Origin: Octopus sinensis | Taxonomy: Eukaryota | Length of the DNA: 64,000 nucleotides | Reading direction: 5' to 3' | Assembly: GCF_006345805.1 (NCBI RefSeq) | Contig: NC_042997.1 | Location: forward strand, 119,164,001 to 119,228,000 | In this document: positions 63,905 through 64,000 of the stretch, in pieces | How positions within the stretch are numbered: position 1 is the stretch's first letter | Layout of the letters: every line of letters begins with the position of its first letter | Notes under the pieces: model-generated | Databases searched by the model: none | What the model was told of the DNA's origin: nothing | What the model saw: the letters and a program-made list of their open reading frames with translations, nothing else | Made by a program: the position numbers and the translations under genes

Positions 63905-63957
63905 TATATATATACGTATATATACATATATATACACATATATATATGTATATATAC

Positions 63958-63996
<39 letters not shown>

Positions 63997-64000
63997 TATA
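63693..64000. repeat. (TA)n-rich microsatellite (one of dozens of TA/CA/TATG/AG tracts in the window)
   Basis: Directly visible. Confidence 0.95.

Overview
This is an AT-rich, repeat-saturated animal genomic window, very likely octopus/cephalopod (inferred from the SINE families and microsatellite density). No host exon can be called with confidence, and most short ORFs in the track are microsatellite artefacts. Recognisable elements: a near full-length Tx1-clade L1-like LINE (40019-45825) inserted in a SINE head, a Tc1 element with long IR/DR ends (12581-14105), two mariner relics, four restriction-like-endonuclease (R4/Dong-type) LINE fragments, CR1/L2 and RTE fragments, several Penelope-like element (PLE) fragments, a Helitron-like end, and many copies of three tRNA-derived SINE families plus a tRNA-Ala mini-SINE. 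Main observation: at least four mutually unrelated non-coding units (about 428, 546, 553 and 586 bp) each carry one type I hammerhead ribozyme (HHR) motif per unit. Three form tandem-plus-inverted arrays with ribozymes pointing away from a central inversion; the fourth sits back-to-back with an unrelated HHR module. The outer (3') ends run into (TA)n tracts. An old local duplication gives an empty versus filled site for one array, and a Naiad-like PLE in the window ends in an HHR of the same long-stem-II design. All ribozyme folds were done by eye and need computational and in vitro confirmation. HHR-bearing PLE ends and retrozymes are already known classes, so any novelty lies in these families, their architecture and their core variants.
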